Positions 24,837 to 32,842 of a stretch of DNA of 33,025 bases are shown here, piece after piece (the stretch's first letter is position 1; each line of letters opens with the position of its first letter). A model generated the notes under the pieces. It made no database searches, was not told where the DNA came from, and was given only the letters and a program-made list of their open reading frames with translations. A program made the position numbers and the translations under genes. The DNA lies in NCBI GenBank assembly GCA_005888395.1, contig VAXF01000002.1, positions 1 through 33,025 of the forward strand, in the 5' to 3' direction. Origin of the DNA: Actinomycetota bacterium. Lineage in GTDB: Bacteria; Actinomycetota; Acidimicrobiia; Acidimicrobiales; AC-25.

Positions 24837-25139
24837 CTAGGCGGCGGAGCCGACCAGGGAGCGCAGCTGGGTGCGCGCGTCCTTGGCGGTGTCGCGGGCC
24901 TGCTTCACCAGGTCACGCGCCTGGGGAGGCAGGCGCCCCTCGAGCTGGCTCACGACCGGCTCGAAGCGGCTCTCGATGTCACGGGCGACCTTCTGGACCT
25001 GGTCGCGGGTGCCGTTGAGCTGCTTGGTGACCTGCTGCCGCAGCTCGCGGCGCTGGACCTGGGCCTTCTGGAACGCCAGGACGCCGAGACCCACGCTCAC
25101 GTAGGCGGCGTCCTTGAGGGTCTTGGTCAGATCGGGCAT
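24837..25139 (-). CDS. Small all-helical protein (100 aa), HbhA/phasin/apolipoprotein-like, unknown function
   Basis: ATG preceded by GGGAGGAAGCC (strong SD). A hydrophobic N-terminal segment (AAYVSVGLGVLAF) is followed by a charged amphipathic repeat-like helix (QVQRRELRQQVTKQL...RDLVKQARDTAKDARTQLRSL). It has its own promoter and terminator. Confidence 0.7.
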   Translation of the reverse strand: MPDLTKTLKDAAYVSVGLGVLAFQKAQVQRRELRQQVTKQLNGTRDQVQKVARDIESRFEPVVSQLEGRLPPQARDLVKQARDTAKDARTQLRSLVGSAA

Positions 25140-25171
25140 GGGCTTCCTCCCAGATGCTCGCGGCTGTTAGC

Positions 25172-25201
25172 AATATACCCACAATCGATGAACAGTTGCA
25201 A
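25172..25201 (-). promoter_or_regulatory. Sigma-70-like promoter for the small helical-protein gene
   Basis: Read on the minus strand: TTGCAA (25201-25196), an 18-nt spacer, then TATATT (25177-25172), located about 32 nt upstream of the ATG at 25139. It sits in the only clearly AT-enriched patch of this part of the window. Confidence 0.5.
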
Positions 25202-25231
25202 GCGGATTTCCTCGCTACGCTCGCCCCCCGG

Positions 25232-28200
25232 ATGGACGCCCCGCCGACCGCCTCGCCGGCCGCCCCGCCGGTCGTGGCGGTCATGGTCACCTACGACCCC
25301 GGGCCGTGGCTGGAGGAGGCGCTGGGCTGCCTCCGGTCGCAGGACTACCCCGACCTGAGCGTGCTGGTGATCGACGCCGCCGGCCCCGCCGATCCCACGG
25401 CGCGGGTGGCGGCGGTGCTGCCCGGTGCGTTCGTCCGGCGCCTGGACGAGAACCCCGGCTTCGGCGCGGCCGCCAACCACGCGCTGGCGATGGTGGAGGG
25501 GGCGGCGTTCTTCCTGCTCTGCCACGACGACGTCGCGCCCGAGCCCGACGCGGTGCGCCTGCTCGTCGAGGAGGCCCTCCGATCCAACGCGGGCATCGTC
25601 GGCCCGAAGCTGGTGGCGTGGGACGACCCGCTCCACCTGCTCCAGGTGGGAATGGCCGTTGACAAGACCGGGGCGCCCTCGCCGCTGGTCGAGCGGGGCG
25701 AGCTCGACCAGGAGCAACACGACGCCGTGCGCGACGTGTTCGCGGTGCCGGGTGGCTTCACGCTCATCCGCTCCGACCTCTTCGTGGCGCTCGGCGGCTT
25801 CGACCCGGCGATGACGCTCCACGGCGAGGACTTCGACCTGTGCTGGCGGGCGCAGGTTGCGGGCGCACGCGTGCTCGTCGCTCCCGCGGCGCGGGTGCGC
25901 CACCTCGAGGCGCTTCCCCGCCGTCACGACGATCGCGACCGGCGGCTCCTCCAGACCCGGCACCGGCTGCGCGCTCTGCTCAAGGCGTACGGGCCCTTTC
26001 ATCTGGCCCGCGTATTGCCGCAGGCGCTGGCCGCCGGCGCCGTCGAGACCGTCTACGCGCTGGTGGCGGCGCGGCGCGGCCAGGCGCGCGACGTCGTGTC
26101 GGCGTGGATCTGGAACGTGCGCGTCCTGGGCGACACGCGCCGTGCCCGCAAGGTCGTGCAGCGGTCGCGGCGCCTTCCGGACAGCGAGGTGCGGCGGCTG
26201 CAGGTGCACGGGAGCGCCCGCCTCAACGCCTACCTGCGCGGCCAGCTCGCCGGCGGGGACGACCGGGCCCAGAGTCTCGCCGCCGCCGGTCGGGGCTTCG
26301 CCGGATCGTTGCGCCGGGGACCGCTGCGGGCCCCGCTCGTCGTGTGGTCGGCGATGGCCCTCGTGCTCCTCGTCGGCACCCGCGGCTTGATCCGAGGCGG
26401 CCTCCCCGAAGTCGGCCAGCTGGCGCGCTTCCCGGGCCACGCGACCACCTTCCTCCGTCATTTCACGGCCGGTTGGAGGTACTCGGGGCTCGGCTCGGAC
26501 GCGCCGGCGCCGGCGGCGTTCGGCCTGCTTGGTGTGGCCGGCATGGCGCTGTTCGGCAGCACCGCCTTGCTCCAGAAGGTGCTCGTGCTGGGGGCGCTAC
26601 CCGCCGGGGTGCTCGGTACCTGGCGCCTGTCCCGCCCGCTCGAGTCGCGCGCCGGCCGCCTGGTCGCCGCCGCCGTCTACCTCGCCGTCCCGTTGCCGTA
26701 CGACGCGCTCTCGCGCGGCCGGTGGGACACGCTCGTGGCCTACGCCGCGTTGCCCTGGATCACAACCCGCCTGCTGGCGTCCTCGGGCCTCGAGCCCTTC
26801 GGTGGCGAGCGGACCGGCGAGCGGACCGGCGAGCGGACCGGCGAGCGGACAGTGGATCGCCCGTTCTGGCGTCGGTGCCTCTCCCTGGGCGTGCTCCTCG
26901 CCCTCGCTGCCGCGCTCGTGCCCGCCCTCGTGCTCGTCGTGGTGGTCGTGGCTCTCGGGCTGGCGGCCGGGTCGCTCGTCGCCGGGTGGAGCCGAACCGC
27001 CCTCCGCCCGGTCGCGGTCGCCATCGGCGGCGTGGCGGTGGCCGCCGTGCTGCTGTTCCCGTGGACGCTCGAGTTCGTCCTGCCGGGCGGCGACTGGGCC
27101 AGCCTCGCCGGGGTGCGCCCGCCTGCGGGCACCGCCCCCGGTCTCGGCGCGCTGCTGCGGTTCCAGGTGGGGCCGATCGGCGCCCCACCGCTCGGGTGGG
27201 CGTTCCTCCTCGCCGCCGTGCTGCCGCTGCTCATCGGCCGTTCGTGGCGGTTGGCGTGGGCGGCGCGGGCCTGGATCGTGGCCATCGTGTGCTGGGGCCT
27301 CGCATGGGCGGGCGGCCGAGGCTGGCTGCCGCGGGCCCTGCCCACCGGGGTGCTGCTCGCCCCGGCGGCCCTCGCCGTGGCCCTCGCAGCCGCCCTCGGG
27401 CTGGTCGCGTTCGACACCGACCTGCGCGGCTACCGCTTCGGGTGGCGCCAGCTGTGCTCGGTGATCGCCGCCGGCGCCCTCGCGGTGGGCGCCCTGCCTG
27501 TGCTGGGCGCGGCCGCCGGCGGTCGCTGGCACATGCCCCGCCGCGACTACGCGCGCACGCTCGCGTGGATGCGCGACGACCGTTCGGCCGGGTCGTTCCG
27601 CGTGTTGTGGATGGGCGATCCCGACGCGCTCCCCGTTGAAGGGTGGCGCCTCGACGAGGGGTTGGCGTACGCGCTGTCGCGCGACGGGCCCGGTTCGGCG
27701 CTCGAGCGCTGGCCCGAGGCCGCCGACGGCCCGACCCGGCTGGTCGCCGACGCTGTGGTCGTGGCCCGTGGCGGCGGCACCACCCGGCTCGGCCACCTGT
27801 TGGCGCCGATGGCGATCCGCTACGTGATCGTCCCGGACCGCCCGGCGCCCGGCGGGCGCGGACGCCTGCTGCGCCCGCCCGAGACGCTCCGGCTGGCGCT
27901 CGGCGCCCAGATCGACCTCCGGCGCGTCGAGTCCGATCCCGACCTCACGCTCTACGAGAACACGGCATGGGCACCGCGACGGGCGCAGGTACCGCCTGCG
28001 ACGGTGCCCGCCCTGCGCCGGGCCGGCCCGGATGCCGCGCTCAGTGCCGAGCTCGCCGGTCTCCGGCCGGCCGTCGACCGCGACCACGGCGCCTTCGAGT
28101 CGAAAGGTGTGGTGGCGCGCGGCGCGCTCCAGTTCGGCGAGGCGGCGTCGCCCGACTGGCAACTGCGGGTCGACGGGCGCACCGCCGAGCGAGTGCGCGC

Positions 28201-28372
28201 CTTCGGCTGGGCCAACGCGTTCCTCGTGCCGCGCGGTGGACAGGCCGTGCTGCGGTACCGGACCCCGCCTTACCGGTTGGGCCTCGTCGCGGTCGAGGTG
28301 GCGCTGTGGGTCGCGGCCCTCCGCGCGCTGGCGCGCCGTCGGCGGCGCGCCCCCAGAACGGTGGGCGAGTGA
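25232..28372 (+). CDS. Large fusion protein: N-terminal GT2 glycosyltransferase, a polytopic membrane domain, and a C-terminal extracytoplasmic domain
   Basis: GT2 blocks are VVAVMVTYDPGPWL, NPGFGAAANHAL, LLCHDDV and GEDFDLCWRAQ. At least 10 hydrophobic helices follow (about aa 390-830), then a roughly 250-aa C-terminal soluble region and a terminal TM. I prefer the ATG at 25232 over 25154, because 25154-25231 is AT-rich and contains the divergent promoter. Confidence 0.8.
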   Translation: MDAPPTASPAAPPVVAVMVTYDPGPWLEEALGCLRSQDYPDLSVLVIDAAGPADPTARVAAVLPGAFVRRLDENPGFGAAANHALAMVEGAAFFLLCHDDVAPEPDAVRLLVEEALRSNAGIVGPKLVAWDDPLHLLQVGMAVDKTGAPSPLVERGELDQEQHDAVRDVFAVPGGFTLIRSDLFVALGGFDPAMTLHGEDFDLCWRAQVAGARVLVAPAARVRHLEALPRRHDDRDRRLLQTRHRLRALLKAYGPFHLARVLPQALAAGAVETVYALVAARRGQARDVVSAWIWNVRVLGDTRRARKVVQRSRRLPDSEVRRLQVHGSARLNAYLRGQLAGGDDRAQSLAAAGRGFAGSLRRGPLRAPLVVWSAMALVLLVGTRGLIRGGLPEVGQLARFPGHATTFLRHFTAGWRYSGLGSDAPAPAAFGLLGVAGMALFGSTALLQKVLVLGALPAGVLGTWRLSRPLESRAGRLVAAAVYLAVPLPYDALSRGRWDTLVAYAALPWITTRLLASSGLEPFGGERTGERTGERTGERTVDRPFWRRCLSLGVLLALAAALVPALVLVVVVVALGLAAGSLVAGWSRTALRPVAVAIGGVAVAAVLLFPWTLEFVLPGGDWASLAGVRPPAGTAPGLGALLRFQVGPIGAPPLGWAFLLAAVLPLLIGRSWRLAWAARAWIVAIVCWGLAWAGGRGWLPRALPTGVLLAPAALAVALAAALGLVAFDTDLRGYRFGWRQLCSVIAAGALAVGALPVLGAAAGGRWHMPRRDYARTLAWMRDDRSAGSFRVLWMGDPDALPVEGWRLDEGLAYALSRDGPGSALERWPEAADGPTRLVADAVVVARGGGTTRLGHLLAPMAIRYVIVPDRPAPGGRGRLLRPPETLRLALGAQIDLRRVESDPDLTLYENTAWAPRRAQVPPATVPALRRAGPDAALSAELAGLRPAVDRDHGAFESKGVVARGALQFGEAASPDWQLRVDGRTAERVRAFGWANAFLVPRGGQAVLRYRTPPYRLGLVAVEVALWVAALRALARRRRRAPRTVGE
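26804..26851 (+). repeat. In-frame 12-nt tandem repeat x4 (ggcgagcggacc) encoding (GERT)4
   Basis: Three perfect copies plus a fourth with one mismatch (final c to a). It lies in a predicted loop of the GT2-membrane fusion protein. Confidence 0.9.
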
Positions 28373-29808
28373 GCTCGTTGACGCCGCGGCGTCTGCCGAT
28401 CGTGCTCACGATCGTGGCCCTCCTCGCCGCGGGGGGGCTGGCCGACCGCGCCGGCCGGCCGGCGCCGGCCGGCGCGCGCGAGCAGTCGCCGTTCGCGATG
28501 CCGGTCGCCGCGCCAACGTCGGCGCTGTCGTCGACGTGGTACTGCGCGGGTGGGACATCGCAGCTGAAGGGGTTCGCCGACGGGTGGCTCGTGCTCGCCA
28601 ACTCCGAGGACCGCACGGTCCACGTCGTCGTGACGTTCATCCCGAACGATCCCTCGATTCGTCCGCGCCACGTGCCGGTCGACGTCAAGCCCCTGTCGCA
28701 GCTGACGCTGCACGACTTCGACTACCTGCAGGCTCAGTTCGTCGCGGCCACCGTCGAGGTGCGCGGCGGCGGTGTCGTCGCGGAGCACTTCGTCCTCGGC
28801 CCGGGTGGCGCAAGCGTGGCCCCGTGCGCGTCGTCCGCGTCCGATCGCTGGTACTTCGCCGACGGCGGCACGACGCGCGACGCCACCGAGCTACTGGCCC
28901 TTTTCAACCCGTTCCCCGAGGACGCGATCGTCGACCTCTCCTTCACGACCGAGGCAGGCGGCATCGAGCCCGAGGCGCTCCAGGCGCTGGTGGTGCCGGG
29001 CCGTGGCCTCTCCGTGGTGAACGTCGGCGACCACGTCGTGCGCCGGCGCGCGGTGTCGGTGTCGATCGTCGCCCGCAGCGGCCGGCTCGTCGCCGACCGC
29101 ATCCAGTCGTATTCCGGCAGCGCCGGTCGCCGCGGCCTCGCCCTCGTCCTCGGCACGCCGTCGCCGGGCACGCTCTGGTACTTCCCTGAAGGGCTCGTCA
29201 CCAAGGGCGTCGTCGAGCGGTACCAGCTCTACAACCCCTCGGACCAGGAGGCGAAGGTCGAGCTGGCCCTCGGGCTCGAGAAGGGCGCGGCCGAGCCCTT
29301 CGACCTGACCGTCCCGGGGGGCGGGCGAATCACCGTGCTCGCGAACGCCGAGGGCCGGATCCCGGCCGAGGTCCCCCACTCGGCCACCGTGAGATCGGTC
29401 AACGGGGTAGGGGTGGTGGTCGAGCGGTCCATCGACGCCACCAAGCCGTCCCCCCGGCGCGGCCTCGGCTCGACGCTCGGGGCGCGCCAGAGCGCCCGGC
29501 GCTGGCTGTTCGCGATCGGCCTCGCCACCGACACCGTCGACGAATGGCTCGTGCTCCAGAACCCCGGGACGCACGCCGCGACGGTCTCGGTCACCGCCCT
29601 CGCCGACGGACAGCAGCTGGCGATCGACGGGCTCCAGGACGTGCGGCTGGCGCCGGGCCGGCGGATGGCGTTCCGCCTGGGCGACCACCTGCGGCGTGAT
29701 CCGCTCCCGCTGCTCGTCACCTCCACCGAGCCCGTGGTCGCGGAACGCGACCTCTACACCGTCGGCGGCCTCGGCATGTCGACCGTGATGGGCGTGCCGT
29801 TGCGCTAG
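28369..29808 (+). CDS. Membrane-anchored or secreted beta-rich protein, DUF5719-like, unknown function
   Basis: The GTG at 28369 overlaps the upstream TGA (GTGA). N-terminal anchor RRLPIVLTIVALLAAGGL. The body has repeated beta-sandwich-like segments (WYCAGG..., WYFADGGTT..ELLALFNP, LWYFPEG...ERYQLYNPS, RWLFA.G......EWLVLQNPG). The DUF5719 assignment is from memory of this family's WY(F/C)A.G and NP motifs and its pairing with large GT2 proteins. Confidence 0.7.
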   Translation: MSSLTPRRLPIVLTIVALLAAGGLADRAGRPAPAGAREQSPFAMPVAAPTSALSSTWYCAGGTSQLKGFADGWLVLANSEDRTVHVVVTFIPNDPSIRPRHVPVDVKPLSQLTLHDFDYLQAQFVAATVEVRGGGVVAEHFVLGPGGASVAPCASSASDRWYFADGGTTRDATELLALFNPFPEDAIVDLSFTTEAGGIEPEALQALVVPGRGLSVVNVGDHVVRRRAVSVSIVARSGRLVADRIQSYSGSAGRRGLALVLGTPSPGTLWYFPEGLVTKGVVERYQLYNPSDQEAKVELALGLEKGAAEPFDLTVPGGGRITVLANAEGRIPAEVPHSATVRSVNGVGVVVERSIDATKPSPRRGLGSTLGARQSARRWLFAIGLATDTVDEWLVLQNPGTHAATVSVTALADGQQLAIDGLQDVRLAPGRRMAFRLGDHLRRDPLPLLVTSTEPVVAERDLYTVGGLGMSTVMGVPLR

Positions 29809-29827
29809 CTGGAAGGCGCGGGCGCGC

Positions 29828-31234
29828 TCAGGTGATCGCGGTGTGCACCGCCGCCTCGACGGCATCGCTGAGCGCGGCCGTCCCGCCGTAGAGCACCGCC
29901 ACCTCGATTGCGTCCCTGTTCGCCGAGAGATAGTCCTGTGTCGGCCCCGAGAGCGCGGACGGGGCGCTGAGCAGGAGCGGCCCGTCCGCCTGGCCGATCT
30001 CGGCCCCACCGCTCAGCCCGTCGGGGAAGTTCTGGCCGCTGGCGATGCCCACGATGAGCGGGTTGTCGAAGAGGGTCGTCGCCACCTTGCGCGAGGTGTC
30101 GTACCGGTCGACGCCGACGATCGCGGTCGCCGCCGGGTCGGCGGCAGCCGCCGCGCCGCCGATCGCGAACACCTGGTCGGCCGGGTGTGTGGCGAGGTAT
30201 GCGGCGACGGAGCCCGGCATCGAGTTGCCCGCGGTGAGCAGGACCGCCCCGTCCTTGTGGGCCGCCGCCGCTCCGGCGCTCAGCGCGTCCGGGAACGTGG
30301 CGCCGGTCGCGAGGAAGATCGTGTTCGGGTTGCCGAGGCCCTGGTCGGCGACCTGGAGGGCCGTCTGGAAGCGGTCGGGCCCGGCGAGCCGCAGTGGTGT
30401 GTAGCCGAGCGCCCGCACGCGATCCTCGACGGCCTGGGACAGCGCGGCGGTGCCGCCGAGCAGGTAGACGGTCTGCGTGGGGGTCAGCACCCGTTGGAGC
30501 TCGGCCTCGACCCGCGCGTCGAGGCCCGCCGGGCTGGTGAGGAGCAGGGGCGCGTCCTTCGCCACGGCCAGGGGAGTGCCCGCGAGCGCGTCGGGGTAAT
30601 CGGTGGCCTTGGCGAGTACGGCGGCGTGCGCCTCCCCGTTGCCGAAGCTGTCCTGCGAGGTCTTGATCGACGTGTCGATGCGGTCGGCACCGGCGATCCG
30701 AAGGACGACGTCGTTCGGCGCCGCGTCGACCTCACCGGCGTCGGGCTGGCCGTTGCCGTTGACATCGTTGAACGCGATGGCGAGCCACGTGAACGTGGTG
30801 GCGCCACCGATCAGCGAGCGGTCGAAGGAGAGTTGGAGCGACGTCGTGGCCGTGCGCGTCACGGTTGCCGGGCCCTTGACGTTGCCGTCGGCATCGAGGA
30901 CCGCCCCCTCGAGACTCGACCCGTTCCAGGCCGCCGCGGCGAGGAACTCCGGCTTGCCGTCGCCCTCGAGGTCGATGAAAGCACCCATGAGGTCGACGTT
31001 GGAGTCCATGAACGCGTCGTAGGTCTGGAAGCTGAACGTGACCGTGGACGTGTCGCCCGACCTGGTCACGGTCTGCAGGTCGAGGGGGTTGGACACGTCG
31101 TTGGGATCGTTGATGACGTCACCGGTCGTTCCGTAGGTGACGGCGCCGGCCGGTCGACCCAACCCGACGATCGTGAGCGCCACCAGCCCGCTCGCGAGGA
31201 ACAACCCGATCCGTCGCTTCGCCCGCCCGCCCAT
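29828..31234 (-). CDS. Secreted protein: unknown beta-rich N-terminal domain plus three CWB2 cell-wall-binding repeats (candidate surface-layer/Cwp-like protein)
   Basis: Signal peptide MGGRAKRRIGLFLASGLVALTIVGLGRPAGA. Three repeats begin RIAGADRIDTSIKTS, RLAGPDRFQTALQVA and IVGVDRYDTSRKVA, with interspersed DYPDALAG / TFPDALSA / NFPDGLSG blocks. The ATG at 31234 was chosen; the 31235-31351 extension lacks signal-peptide logic. Confidence 0.8.
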   Translation of the reverse strand: MGGRAKRRIGLFLASGLVALTIVGLGRPAGAVTYGTTGDVINDPNDVSNPLDLQTVTRSGDTSTVTFSFQTYDAFMDSNVDLMGAFIDLEGDGKPEFLAAAAWNGSSLEGAVLDADGNVKGPATVTRTATTSLQLSFDRSLIGGATTFTWLAIAFNDVNGNGQPDAGEVDAAPNDVVLRIAGADRIDTSIKTSQDSFGNGEAHAAVLAKATDYPDALAGTPLAVAKDAPLLLTSPAGLDARVEAELQRVLTPTQTVYLLGGTAALSQAVEDRVRALGYTPLRLAGPDRFQTALQVADQGLGNPNTIFLATGATFPDALSAGAAAAHKDGAVLLTAGNSMPGSVAAYLATHPADQVFAIGGAAAAADPAATAIVGVDRYDTSRKVATTLFDNPLIVGIASGQNFPDGLSGGAEIGQADGPLLLSAPSALSGPTQDYLSANRDAIEVAVLYGGTAALSDAVEAAVHTAIT

Positions 31235-31313
31235 GCCGCCCCCTTGTGCGGCCGCCCTGCTGCGCCGCACCCGCGACGGTACATGGGCCACCCCGGTCCG
31301 TCGAGCGCAGCGA

Positions 31314-32795
31314 TCAGGGGGAGTCGCGCCCGCCGCCGCGTTCGGCGTCACGCTCCTGCTGCTCCTGCATCGCGGTCAGCACGGCCTCGAAGATCTTCAT
31401 GGCGTCGGCATCCAGGTGCTCGCGCGCCCGCAGGAGGATCCACGCCCCCACGTACACCGGCGGCATGATGATCAGGAAGGCCGTGCGCAGGTTGTCGCCG
31501 AACGTCTGCGACAGCACCGACACGATCAGTGGCGCGGCCGCGCCGCCGAAGATCACCGACACCAGGTTGAAGGCGCCGAAGCCGGCGCCGCGCAGGTTGG
31601 CCGGTATGGCATCGGAGAGACCGGCGCGCAACCCCGGGATAGCCATCGTGATGACGAAGAAGCCGATGACCTCGAGCGCGAACGCGGGGGCGAACGGCAC
31701 GCGGAGAAGGGAGATCGTGAAGAAGGTGGTGCCGACGAGGATGCAGTACGCGGGGATGGCGACGCGCGCGCCGCGCACCCGCGTCGCGTAGCGGTCGGCG
31801 AGCCGGCCGCCAAGCAGGATGCCGGGCACCCCGCCGAGGATCACCATGATGCCGACGTATCCCTCCGCCCGGCCGTTCGCCACGTGGAGCTGGCGCTCGT
31901 AGAACTGCGGCAGCCAGGTGCCGACCGCGTTGATGGTGAAGAGGAGTGCCGACACCCCGACCAGGGCGTACCGCATCGTCGTGATGCCCCAGATGGTGCG
32001 GAGGTCGGCGCGCAGACCCTGGGCCATGTCGCGCATGAAGGTGCCGAACCCCTCGTCGAACAGCCCGTGGGCGATCTCCGTTTCGACGTCGGCATCGTCG
32101 TCGTCGACGATGCCCACGTGCAGGCGGTCGGCCGCGCCCCGCTTGGGTTCGCGCAGTCGGTAGGCGAGCGCGGCCACGAGCATGCCCGGACCCCCGACGA
32201 CGACGAACGCCCACCGCCAGCCGAGCGTCGCGCCCACTGCGCCGCCGACGCCGATGCCGAGGCCGAAGCCGGCGATCAGCATGATCTGCTGGATCGAGAA
32301 GGCCCGGCCCCGTTGCTCGGTGGGGTAGTAGTCCGAGAGCAGGCTGGCGGCGCTCGGCTCGGTGATCGCCTGGCCGAAGCCCAGCGCGGCGCGGAGGCCC
32401 ACCAGCGTGGCGAAGTTGGGCGCCACGCCGCCGAGAGCGGTGAGCCCCGACCAGGCCACGACCGTGTGCCCGATCGTCCGCGTGCGGTGCCAACGGTCGG
32501 CCAGGTAGCCGGCGGGAACGGTGATGAGCCCGTTGACGAGGATGAAGGCCGACGTCAGGACGCCGATGGCGGCGTCACCGACGTGGAACGCCTCCTTGAG
32601 CGGCGTGATGATCCCGCGCACGATGCTCTGGTCCATCGAGTCCATGAGGAGCACGAAGCCGAGCATCCACATCGGCCAGTTCGAAACCGCCTTGGGGCCA
32701 CCGGTGGGCACCTCGACGGAATCGGCCGAGGAGGGCGTGGAGCCCAACGTCGCCGGCTCGATCGTCTGCTCGTGCTCACTGGCCGGCTCTGTCAT
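31314..32795 (-). CDS. MFS transporter (Spinster-like/sugar-type 12-TM)
   Basis: MFS motif A-like GYLADRWHRTRTI and LADRYATRVRGARV, with 12 predicted TMs. Length is 493 aa from the ATG at 32795. The upstream Arg-rich extension is rejected. Confidence 0.8.
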   Translation of the reverse strand: MTEPASEHEQTIEPATLGSTPSSADSVEVPTGGPKAVSNWPMWMLGFVLLMDSMDQSIVRGIITPLKEAFHVGDAAIGVLTSAFILVNGLITVPAGYLADRWHRTRTIGHTVVAWSGLTALGGVAPNFATLVGLRAALGFGQAITEPSAASLLSDYYPTEQRGRAFSIQQIMLIAGFGLGIGVGGAVGATLGWRWAFVVVGGPGMLVAALAYRLREPKRGAADRLHVGIVDDDDADVETEIAHGLFDEGFGTFMRDMAQGLRADLRTIWGITTMRYALVGVSALLFTINAVGTWLPQFYERQLHVANGRAEGYVGIMVILGGVPGILLGGRLADRYATRVRGARVAIPAYCILVGTTFFTISLLRVPFAPAFALEVIGFFVITMAIPGLRAGLSDAIPANLRGAGFGAFNLVSVIFGGAAAPLIVSVLSQTFGDNLRTAFLIIMPPVYVGAWILLRAREHLDADAMKIFEAVLTAMQEQQERDAERGGGRDSP

Positions 32796-32842
32796 AGAAG
32801 GGAGATTCTGAACCGCGGCCCGCGATCCTGCATATTGAGCAC

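Noticed and set aside
31242-31266. The inverted repeat gtgcggc...gccgcac between the MFS gene end and the CWB2 gene start, as a possible terminator.
   Set aside because: It has only a 7-bp stem, an 11-nt loop and no following T-tract on the minus strand. It is indistinguishable from chance GC-rich self-complementarity.
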